From a virus, in the IMG/VR virus record IMGVR_UViG_3300033179_000001, positions 1 through 64,000 of that record: a DNA stretch of 64,000 nucleotides; one strand, given 5' to 3'. A program made the position numbers and the translations under genes. The first letter of the stretch is position 1. Every line of letters starts with the position of its first letter. Shown piece by piece: positions 55,893-62,367 of this stretch. The notes beneath the pieces are model-generated. The model searched no databases. It was not told the DNA's origin and worked only from the letters and a program-made list of their open reading frames with translations.

Positions 55893-55968
55893 TGGCGATC
55901 CCTCGGTGATTCGAACACCGTATTTCGGCTTTCGGAGAGCCGCGTCTTGTCCATCCGACTCAGGGATC
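55893..55968 (-). tRNA. trnR: tRNA-Arg(CCG)
   Basis: CGGCT CTCCGAA AGCCG; CCA. Confidence 0.87.
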
Positions 55969-56317
55969 ATTTCTTCTTTTCGCCCGGAAAATACTTCGCC
56001 ATCGTCACCTTTTGGATAAGGCTATCGTCGGCGACAATCCCGGGCTTAGTCAGCGTCTTGTCGTCCAATGCCTGTTCAAGCGCTAGATAGGCATTGCCCA
56101 AATCAGGTGACGACGGATTGACGAACAGCACATCAAGATCGATTTCGTGCTGTATCGGCATCTTATTCCCGACGCTAGTATGCCGCACCGCCTCAAATAT
56201 CACCTTCCGATAGGCTTGGATTGTTCTGACATGCATCCTCCGGTGAGGACTGTCATGTATCCAAAGCTGAAGCAATGGCGGCTCATAGAGCGCGTGGTAC
56301 TTGGCAATCACCTTCAT
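55967..56317 (-). CDS. RusA-like Holliday junction resolvase fold protein inside the tRNA array
   Basis: PDLGNAYLALEQAL...GIVADDSLI; ATG directly follows a tRNA CCA. Confidence 0.7.
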   Translation of the reverse strand: MKVIAKYHALYEPPLLQLWIHDSPHRRMHVRTIQAYRKVIFEAVRHTSVGNKMPIQHEIDLDVLFVNPSSPDLGNAYLALEQALDDKTLTKPGIVADDSLIQKVTMAKYFPGEKKK

Positions 56318-56392
56318 TGGTACGCCTCCCCCGATTCGAACGGGGATCAAAATTCTTATGAGGAATCGGCTCTACCGTTAAGCTAGAGGCGC
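56318..56392 (-). tRNA. tRNA-Met/Ile2(CAT)
   Basis: GATTC CTCATAA GAATT; CCA. Confidence 0.88.
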
Positions 56393-56396
56393 AAAT

Positions 56397-56493
56397 TGGT
56401 GGCGGTCACTGCCTCACGGCCTACCGCCGCTGAACACCGACCGTCGCCGGATTCAGGTATACGGCGCATGCCACCGTCGTGGCGGGCCGTAGC
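56397..56493 (-). ncRNA. unidentified structured RNA ending in ACCA
   Basis: Fills one tRNA-sized slot; GGCGGT/ACCGCC stem then ACCA; GNRA hairpin; CTGAA/TTCAG stem; no T or anticodon arm. Confidence 0.45.
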
Positions 56494-56568
56494 TGGTCTG
56501 AGTAGCAGGACTTGAACCTGCAGCCCCCGCGCCCCAAACGCGGTGCTCTACCATTGAGCTACACTCAG
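56494..56568 (-). tRNA. trnP: tRNA-Pro(TGG)
   Basis: CCGCG TTTGGGG CGCGG; C1-G72. Confidence 0.92.
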
Positions 56569-56573
56569 TTGAA

Positions 56574-56647
56574 TGGCGACCCCACGGGGTTACGATCCCC
56601 GGTTCTCCGCTCGACAGGCGGGCATTCTACCATTGAATTATGGGGCC
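56574..56647 (-). tRNA. trnD: tRNA-Asp(GTC)
   Basis: Loop CTGTCGA; G73; CCA. Confidence 0.88.
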
Positions 56648-56649
56648 AT

Positions 56650-56723
56650 TGGCGAACCACCACGGTAACCATCCGTGTTCCCCGGGTTAAGAGGCCGGTG
56701 CATCAGCTTAATGCTTGTGGTCC
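56650..56723 (-). tRNA. trnK: tRNA-Lys(CTT)
   Basis: Loop CTCTTAA; atypical T loop ATGGTTA. Confidence 0.8.
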
Positions 56724-56724
56724 G

Positions 56725-56799
56725 TGGAGGACCATCTCGGTTTCGATCCGAGTCCTCAACGTTTAAAAGACGTGCGCCTTCCCATCCGGCTCATGGTCC
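56725..56799 (-). tRNA. trnK: tRNA-Lys(TTT)
   Basis: Loop CTTTTAA; CCA. Confidence 0.85.
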
Positions 56800-56810
56800 T
56801 AGTTAGGGAT

Positions 56811-56933
56811 TCATGACCCAGGTTTGATTCGCTTCTCTTCGCACACGACGATCTGACCCGTATCCGGGAAGTGGTGGACCCAGTTACGGCGCATGCGCAC
56901 CGGAACAAGGCCGAATTGGCAGTGAATGCACAT
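56811..56933 (-). CDS. 40-aa Cys/His peptide inside the tRNA array
   Basis: AAAGGA SD then MCIHCQFGLVPVRMRRNWVHHFPDTGQIVVCEEKRIKPGS. Confidence 0.55.
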   Translation of the reverse strand: MCIHCQFGLVPVRMRRNWVHHFPDTGQIVVCEEKRIKPGS

Positions 56934-56948
56934 GCTCTTTCCTTTGAA

Positions 56949-57023
56949 TGGTAGTCCCTGCCGGTTTCGATCCGACTTTCCACGCTTATCGGGCGTGTGC
57001 CTTAGCCACTAGACGAAGGGACC
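56949..57023 (-). tRNA. trnI: tRNA-Ile(GAT), C33
   Basis: CACGC CCGATAA GCGTG; CCA. Confidence 0.87.
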
Positions 57024-57027
57024 GTGT

Positions 57028-57117
57028 GCTCGGGCTGGGGGTCAGTTATTCCCCGGCTATGACCCCTCCGCGCCTCGCGGACAAGTGCCGGGACAGATGC
57101 TGTCTGCACACCCGAGC
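57028..57117 (-). ncRNA. unidentified four-way-junction RNA
   Basis: GCTCGGGT/GCCCGAGC closing stem with three internal arms. Confidence 0.5.
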
Positions 57118-57141
57118 GGTGACAGCCCACGCCTCTTGAAA

Positions 57142-57216
57142 TGGTACTCCGTCAGTGGATCGAACACTGTCTTGTCGGTGTGTAAAACCGATGCCTTCCC
57201 ATTTGGCGAACGGAGC
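57142..57216 (-). tRNA. trnV: tRNA-Val(TAC)
   Basis: TCGGT TTTACAC ACCGA; CCA. Confidence 0.88.
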
Positions 57217-57217
57217 A

Positions 57218-57293
57218 TGGTGTGAGTGTCGGGAGTTGAACCCGAAAGACATGGGGTTTAAGCCCTGCCGCGTTTCCGCTTCGCCACACTCAC
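57218..57293 (-). tRNA. trnL: tRNA-Leu(TAA), short variable region
   Basis: Loop CTTAAAC; A73; 76 nt. Confidence 0.78.
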
Positions 57294-57299
57294 ATAAAT

Positions 57300-57375
57300 T
57301 GGTGCACGTAGGGTGATTCGAACACCCACTGAACGGGTTTTGAAGCCGCTGTCTCTGCCGTTGGACTATACGTGC
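57300..57375 (-). tRNA. trnL: tRNA-Leu(CAA), short variable region
   Basis: Loop TTCAAAA; A73; 76 nt. Confidence 0.82.
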
Positions 57376-57379
57376 AAAT

Positions 57380-57462
57380 TGGTACCCCCGGGGAGACTTG
57401 AACTCCCAATCCTTTCGGCGCCAGTTTCTAAGACTGGTGTGTATGCATTCCACCACGGGGGC
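57380..57462 (-). tRNA. trnL: tRNA-Leu(TAG)
   Basis: CCAGT CTTAGAA ACTGG; long variable arm. Confidence 0.9.
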
Positions 57463-57463
57463 A

Positions 57464-57537
57464 TGGTGCTCTCTGATGGTTACGATCCATCGTCTGATCC
57501 TTACCGGGGATCTATTCTTCCATTGAACTAAGAGAGC
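57464..57537 (-). tRNA. trnT: tRNA-Thr(GGT), C33
   Basis: GATCC CCGGTAA GGATC; CCA. Confidence 0.87.
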
Positions 57538-57544
57538 GATAGGC

Positions 57545-57615
57545 GGGAGCGTCCTAGCCGCTAGACGACCGTAGATGATCAGTCCACGAGGCAGAATCGA
57601 ACTGCCGTTTCTCCC
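57545..57615 (-). ncRNA. circularly permuted tRNA-like RNA (3' half precedes 5' half)
   Basis: GGGAG-AAAC-GGCAG TTCGATT CTGCC-TCGTGGA-ctgatca-TCTACGG-TC-GTCT AGCGGCTA GGAC-G-CTCCC; all four stems pair. Confidence 0.8.
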
Positions 57616-57619
57616 TGAG

Positions 57620-57693
57620 TGGAGCCCTAGCCGGGATTCGAAACCGGCTCTCCCGCTTACAAGGCGGGTGCATCGCCACAATGCTTCAAGGGC
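57620..57693 (-). tRNA. trnT: tRNA-Thr(TGT)
   Basis: CCCGC CTTGTAA GCGGG; CCA. Confidence 0.88.
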
Positions 57694-57705
57694 AAATGTT
57701 TTCTG

Positions 57706-57777
57706 TTCTGGCTCGGTGAATCGAACACCGGACATCCGACTTACGAAATCGGCGGTCTGCCACTGACCTAAGCCAGA
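57706..57777 (-). tRNA. trnT: tRNA-Thr(CGT), no encoded CCA
   Basis: CCGAT TTCGTAA GTCGG; U1-A72; flanks GTTTTCTG/CAGAAAAC pair. Confidence 0.82.
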
Positions 57778-57789
57778 TCAGAAAACAAA

Positions 57790-58095
57790 AAGAACGGACG
57801 GCGCGCAGCTAAGCCGCTTTTGCCCGTGGACTGCTATAGGTCGTCCCATTCTCACGGGGCCTACACGGCGCGTCCAGAAACACACTTCAGGCAGGGAGGG
57901 TTTTATCGGGTGGTTCTCTCTGCCTTTTCCGGCAGAGGGTTCGGACCCTTGGCCGGTTATTCTTGTATTCTGCGCCCTTCGGGCTGCAGGGAGACGAGGC
58001 CAATAAAGGCGCACGTATCCGACCACCGATTACTCGGTGCTTTGGTCATTGGATATGTGCCTAAATGGTGCATCTTCGTCTTTCAGAGACACTCG
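57790..58095 (-). ncRNA. about 300-nt highly structured leader / candidate ncRNA
   Basis: Many nested stems (GCACATATCC/GGATACGTGC, ACCGA-GTAA-TCGGT, TTGGCC/GGCCAA, CTCTGCC/GGCAGAG); no credible ORF. Confidence 0.55.
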
Positions 58096-58105
58096 ATAGT
58101 TGAGA

Positions 58106-58133
58106 CTAATAAACATCCAAAAATAATTGTCAA
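58106..58133 (-). promoter_or_regulatory. sigma70-type promoter of the tRNA array
   Basis: Consensus TTGACA, 16 nt, TATTAG, AT-rich context. Confidence 0.6.
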
Positions 58134-58200
58134 CTAGCCAATCAATATTTTCCAGATCATCGTAACCGTCTAGCCTCAGTGATAACCGTCATTCGATCGG

Positions 58201-58635
58201 TCACTGGCCTCCAGGCGACTGCATTAGTCCCATCATCGCCTTGTTCATGAGGTTCTGAGGTGTGGTCGGAGCATTCGCTAACTTCTCATCGAAAACGATT
58301 TTACCGCTTGGCGCCGCAAGTTGACTATCGTTCACCCACTGCGGCGCACTCGCAGGAGCCCATTGAGATTCGGCGGAAAATGTTTGATGCATCGGCGTTT
58401 TCCAATAATCAGGATAATGCATCTGGTTGTCGTTTGGATTTATCGCCGTCGTGGCCGCAGGATTCCCTTGCTGAAGTGCCTGATAAAAGCCCCTCATGTC
58501 GTAATCGGATTGAGAGGCATTAGGATTGAATGGCACCTTGTTTTGCTGGAGCCAATTCAAGAACTGCATTTCCTGAAGCGATGGAAGTTGCGTGTTATAA
58601 TTGGCTGGAGTTGAAAATGGAGACCGCGTGGCCAT
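58201..58635 (-). CDS. conserved phage protein (DYDMRGF / PD.WKTP.H.TFS.ES domain)
   Basis: Motif pattern seen in phage virion-associated proteins. Confidence 0.65.
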   Translation of the reverse strand: MATRSPFSTPANYNTQLPSLQEMQFLNWLQQNKVPFNPNASQSDYDMRGFYQALQQGNPAATTAINPNDNQMHYPDYWKTPMHQTFSAESQWAPASAPQWVNDSQLAAPSGKIVFDEKLANAPTTPQNLMNKAMMGLMQSPGGQ

Positions 58636-58636
58636 C

Positions 58637-59356
58637 TCATGACCCCGTCACAGCGCGTTCGACGCCCTCAGCATCGTAATTTTCTTCTTCCATCGCCCGC
58701 CAGCGGCCGTCGATCTTCTTCAACTCCAAATACCCGCCCGGCGAAATCGAATCGGGCTCCGATGCCAATTCCAGCGCGTATTCCCGCCGCATGCACTCCA
58801 GATCACAGTCCGCCGCGATCCACAGAGAAATGATCTGCACGCAACGGCCGTGCGTCACGATCGCGGTTTCCCCACGGGCATCCTCAAAGATCGGCTCCGC
58901 GCACTCGATAACGCGCTGCACAAAATCCTTGAATGATTCACCACCTTCCGGCGTCTCGTCGTCATTCTCCACGAGGTCCTTGATCTTATCGACGATCGTA
59001 GGGTTGGTCAGTTTACCCTCGAACTCAGGCCCGAGGTTCCAGGAGCGTAATTCCTCCATCGGCATGACTTCGCCACCGGTACGCTTCTGGATCGCATCAG
59101 CGGTCGCCTCTGCCCGCTGGAGGTCCGATGTGTGGATGGTGCGAAAGTCGCAGTCCTCAAGGTCTTCAGCCAGCCGCTCGGCCTGCTCCTTGCCCTCTTT
59201 GGATAATTCGACATCTGCCCAACCCCGAATCAGGTCCTTGCCGGCACCGCCCCGATTCATGACCGTTGAGCCATGCCGAACGAGATAGACTGACGATTCG
59301 CCCTTCACGGCATCCTCGATAATTTCTCTGAGCGAACGTCGTTCAGGCGGTTTCAT
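58637..59356 (-). CDS. histidine phosphatase (phosphoglycerate mutase family)
   Basis: YLVRHG, TSDLQRAEATA, PEGGES, IVTHG. Confidence 0.9.
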   Translation of the reverse strand: MKPPERRSLREIIEDAVKGESSVYLVRHGSTVMNRGGAGKDLIRGWADVELSKEGKEQAERLAEDLEDCDFRTIHTSDLQRAEATADAIQKRTGGEVMPMEELRSWNLGPEFEGKLTNPTIVDKIKDLVENDDETPEGGESFKDFVQRVIECAEPIFEDARGETAIVTHGRCVQIISLWIAADCDLECMRREYALELASEPDSISPGGYLELKKIDGRWRAMEEENYDAEGVERAVTGS

Positions 59357-59882
59357 GGCTATTTCCTATAGCCTGTCTGTGGATGGTAGCAAACTCACCA
59401 AAGTGCTTTAGAGCGGCTTCAGTATAAGCATCGTGCGCCTCTTCTGCCGTCTTAAAGAAACCTAGATTAATTTTCTTATTATTTATCACAATTCTGGCCA
59501 CAAATGGTTTTTTTAGATACTTATTTGAATGACGAAACACTCCACGACCATAAACAGATGATGTTTTGCTATTCATTAAATTCTGAGAGCGTGTGGACTG
59601 TCGCAAATTTAAAATGGCGTTGTTGTGTCCGTTTCTATCGATATGATCGATATCATTTTCGGGCCATTCGCCATGAACATACAACCAAGCCAATCGATGG
59701 GCATAGTAACGCTTACCGTCCACACCGATTAACCAGTATTGGTTGTTGTTGCTTCCGGCAGCATTGCCCGCAATCTGACCATCGACAACTGACCCTCGAC
59801 GACCCGGAAATTTGATATGGCTAAATATACCTGTTTCCGGATCGTAAGAGAGAAATCGTTTTAGATGATCTTGAGTAAGCAT
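59343..59882 (-). CDS. HNH-AP2 homing endonuclease
   Basis: LSYDPETGIF, YYAHRLAWLYVHGEWP..IDHIDRN..NN...NLR, LGFFKTAEEAHDAY. Confidence 0.9.
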   Translation of the reverse strand: MLTQDHLKRFLSYDPETGIFSHIKFPGRRGSVVDGQIAGNAAGSNNNQYWLIGVDGKRYYAHRLAWLYVHGEWPENDIDHIDRNGHNNAILNLRQSTRSQNLMNSKTSSVYGRGVFRHSNKYLKKPFVARIVINNKKINLGFFKTAEEAHDAYTEAALKHFGEFATIHRQAIGNSHETA

Positions 59883-59885
59883 TGG

Positions 59886-60512
59886 TCAGCGTTTTCCGAT
59901 TCTGTGACTTCCGGGATGACCAGACAGTCGCATGTTTCCGCTACGCTGATGTGCGGCGTGTCCATAGCCATGGGGTTTTGTCCCCATTCCAGCATGTGTG
60001 CCGATCCCGCCACCTGGGCCGTGAACGGCTTTAAGTACCGCAGGCTCATGAGCACTCTGGCTATAGTCGCCGCCGATAAGTTTTCCGCCATCATGGGCCA
60101 ACTTCATTACGTCGCCAGGATGCCCTGCGATTCCCTCGCCGGGCGGGATATATCCTTGAACCGTGTGACTTCCTGCTGGATGGGTCGCGGATTTGTGTTC
60201 GCTGTACGACCGGTGGCCGCTCTCGTCGTGGCCCTTCCGCCCGGCTCCGTCCTTCTCGGAATGCCGCCCTGCCTCGACCTTGTGGCCTACAGGCTGCTCA
60301 TGTCGTTCTGGTTTACCGGTCGACGCGGCACCATGTGGCGCATCTGATGCTTGGAAACTGTGGTGTTTCTTCACTGGGTGTCCTTCCTTGCGTTCTTCGG
60401 ATAGTCCGATCGCGATAGCCTGTGCGCGGGATTTGACCACCGGACCTTTTTTCGAGCCGGAGTGCAATTTCCCCTCGGAAAACTCGTGCATCGTTCCTTT
60501 AATGCCCGGCAT
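59886..60512 (-). CDS. DUF6496-like domain plus His/Gly-rich tail
   Basis: MHEFSEGKLHSGSKKGPVVKSRAQAIAIGLSE. Confidence 0.7.
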   Translation of the reverse strand: MPGIKGTMHEFSEGKLHSGSKKGPVVKSRAQAIAIGLSEERKEGHPVKKHHSFQASDAPHGAASTGKPERHEQPVGHKVEAGRHSEKDGAGRKGHDESGHRSYSEHKSATHPAGSHTVQGYIPPGEGIAGHPGDVMKLAHDGGKLIGGDYSQSAHEPAVLKAVHGPGGGIGTHAGMGTKPHGYGHAAHQRSGNMRLSGHPGSHRIGKR

Positions 60513-60523
60513 GATCAATCCTC

Positions 60524-60841
60524 TCAGGCCACAGTTGCGAGGATTTCCACACTCGTCAACACCTGCGGCTCGGCCTGAACGGTCAGATCGATCGAAGCCG
60601 CGAAACTGACCCCGCCGACCATCAGATTGACGCTGACCGTATCCGCGCCGGCCGCGATGGCGAGTTCTGAGGCGCTCAGGCCGCTCGGTGATGCAGTCAG
60701 GGTGCCGGTTGCGCTGGTGGTATCGGCCCAGACCGGCGGTGCATCAGGGGCCGGCGTGGTCAGCATCGGATTGCCGTGCTGGTCCAGAAACAGAAGCGTG
60801 AAATCAACGGTATGACCGACAGTGACGGTAACATTTGACAT
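60524..60841 (-). CDS. Ig-like small protein
   Basis: ATG at 60841 after GGAG; LDQHGNP...W...TLT beta-rich. Confidence 0.6.
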   Translation of the reverse strand: MSNVTVTVGHTVDFTLLFLDQHGNPMLTTPAPDAPPVWADTTSATGTLTASPSGLSASELAIAAGADTVSVNLMVGGVSFAASIDLTVQAEPQVLTSVEILATVA

Positions 60842-60960
60842 GTGGTTTCTCCGGTTTGGGATCAGGAAAAGTTCATAAAAGCGGCGGTTGCGATGGTGGC
60901 CGCGCCTCACCGAGACAACTAGCAGAATGTAAGTGACGCGCTGATGATACCACAGCCAAC

Positions 60961-61155
60961 TCATTTCGTCCTCAGTTTGGCATTGTAGTATTGTCCCGGC
61001 GACGGTGCCGCGAGCATCTCGGCGAAAATCTCCGGCGGCACTTGGTGCTCGTGCTTGGTCCCCTTTTGGGTGTGGACCGTCAGCGTCTGTGTTTCGTCGT
61101 CATAGTGAGCCTCGGTGAGCCATGAAGATTTGAGTTTCGCGGACTGAACCGGCAT
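60961..61155 (-). CDS. KTSC domain protein
   Basis: SSWL..AHYD..TQTLTV...VPPEIFAEMLAAPSPGQYYN. Confidence 0.8.
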   Translation of the reverse strand: MPVQSAKLKSSWLTEAHYDDETQTLTVHTQKGTKHEHQVPPEIFAEMLAAPSPGQYYNAKLRTK

Positions 61156-61162
61156 TTTGGCC

Positions 61163-61660
61163 TCACATGATCTTTTCGTAGTCGACGCGATAGCTGATCG
61201 ATCCAGACATCGATGCGGTCGTGGTGATCGTTAGCGTCGTGGCGACCTGAAATACCGCCGGGACTGGTAGTGGAATGATCTGCATATTTTCGGAAAACGC
61301 GACAGATGTGTTGGCGGACGGGCCGACAGACACATTCGTGATATTGGCACCGATGTACAGCATTGCCATGTACTGCAACGAAGCCGCATTCACCAGACCA
61401 TCAAGCGATACGCGGGCCCACGGAAAATAGGTCGATGCCGAGATATTTTTGGCGAGGATGGAGAGACCCAACGTCGCTGTGTTGACTGAAAGGCTCGCCA
61501 GCGTGAGGAAAAACAACGCGCCTTGCTGATTCGTATTGGTCAGATCGCCGCTATTTCCGCCTAGTGTCGCGGTCGACGTGACGTTGATCAGGTTACCAAC
61601 ATTCCGGCTCTCGACAAAGAAGTTCAGCGAATCAACTGCCGTCTGAATTGCGCGGGCCAT
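61163..61660 (-). CDS. Ser/Thr-rich beta-sandwich (virion-like) protein
   Basis: GGAGG SD; NSGDLTNTNQQG...; high S/T content. Confidence 0.6.
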   Translation of the reverse strand: MARAIQTAVDSLNFFVESRNVGNLINVTSTATLGGNSGDLTNTNQQGALFFLTLASLSVNTATLGLSILAKNISASTYFPWARVSLDGLVNAASLQYMAMLYIGANITNVSVGPSANTSVAFSENMQIIPLPVPAVFQVATTLTITTTASMSGSISYRVDYEKIM

Positions 61661-61705
61661 GGTCCCTCCGTAGTCGATCGCCTCTAGAATGGCCGTCCGA
61701 CTGGG

Positions 61706-61734
61706 AACCTACGTTATCTTTAGGACTTTGGCAA
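61706..61734 (-). promoter_or_regulatory. putative promoter
   Basis: TTGCCA-N17-TAGGTT. Confidence 0.45.
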
Positions 61735-61748
61735 TGTTGGCTTAAAAT

Positions 61749-61824
61749 TGGCTCCTCGGGCAGGACTTGAACCTGCGACCCGCCGCTTTAGAGACGGCTG
61801 CTCTAACCGCTTAGCTATGGGGGC
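61749..61824 (-). tRNA. CUA-anticodon tRNA with mispaired acceptor stem (possible pseudo-tRNA)
   Basis: GCCGT CTCTAAA GCGGC; intact D and T arms and CCA; acceptor GCCCCCA/CCGAGGA pairs only 3 of 7. Confidence 0.7.
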
Positions 61825-61825
61825 A

Positions 61826-61899
61826 TGGTGGGTCCGATGGGCTTTTCACCCACGTCTCTCTGCTTTAGAGGCAGATGCTCTCACTTGAGCTACAGACCC
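61826..61899 (-). tRNA. amber suppressor tRNA (CUA)
   Basis: GGGTCTG/CGGACCC acceptor, TCTGC CTCTAAA GCAGA, A73, CCA; atypical T loop TGAAAAG. Confidence 0.85.
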
Positions 61900-61905
61900 T
61901 TAAAC

Positions 61906-62331
61906 TCATTTCAGCAACTTTAATTCTGATAGGAATTGAGCCGCATCAGCGCGTCTGATCGGGCCAACACCAATTCCGATAGGTGTATTGCGCAAGTGTT
62001 CAGGGCATGGCGGCCCTTCAACCGTCATGACACATGGAATGCGGGATTGTTTGAGTTGGAATAAGAGATCGCTAAGCGCTTGCTCAGAGCCGATTCCTAG
62101 AGCGATTTTGCTGCCATGGCCATTGTTCCTATAGGCCAATCGAGCATCATGAGGCGCTCCGATCCATGCATCCAAAATAGCATGCGCGCTTTGAACCGCG
62201 TACTGACTAGGCGTCAGCCCCAAATCAGTTCTGATGATGGCGTATAGGAGAAATTCATCGCCGCGATGCACTAATGGTGTCGCTGACGGAATAGGAGAAG
62301 AGGTCTTAAAGAAAGAAGTGATCTAACGCAT
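61906..62331 (-). CDS. PTH2-family peptidyl-tRNA hydrolase-like protein with in-frame TAG at codon 3
   Basis: LYAIIRTDL...AVQSAHA...SKIAL...IGIGVGP...LSELKLL; AAGGAG-N6-ATG CGT TAG then 17 sense codons into the PTH2 frame. Confidence 0.8.
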
Positions 62332-62367
62332 GGTCGTCTCCTTAGAACCGTGTGGTTCGCTGCGGGA

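Noticed and set aside
54236-57766. ORF-track ORFs across the tRNA array
   Set aside because: They overlap well-formed tRNAs and lack protein-like features; only 55967-56317 and 56811-56933 were kept
57800-57830. RNase P RNA (GCAAAAGCGGCTTA resembles CR-V)
   Set aside because: No matching GAGGAAAGUCC CR-I strand to form P4
61826-61899. Pyrrolysine tRNA
   Set aside because: Shares the CUCUAAA loop but has a 5-bp anticodon stem, 5-nt variable loop and A73; no pyl genes are seen
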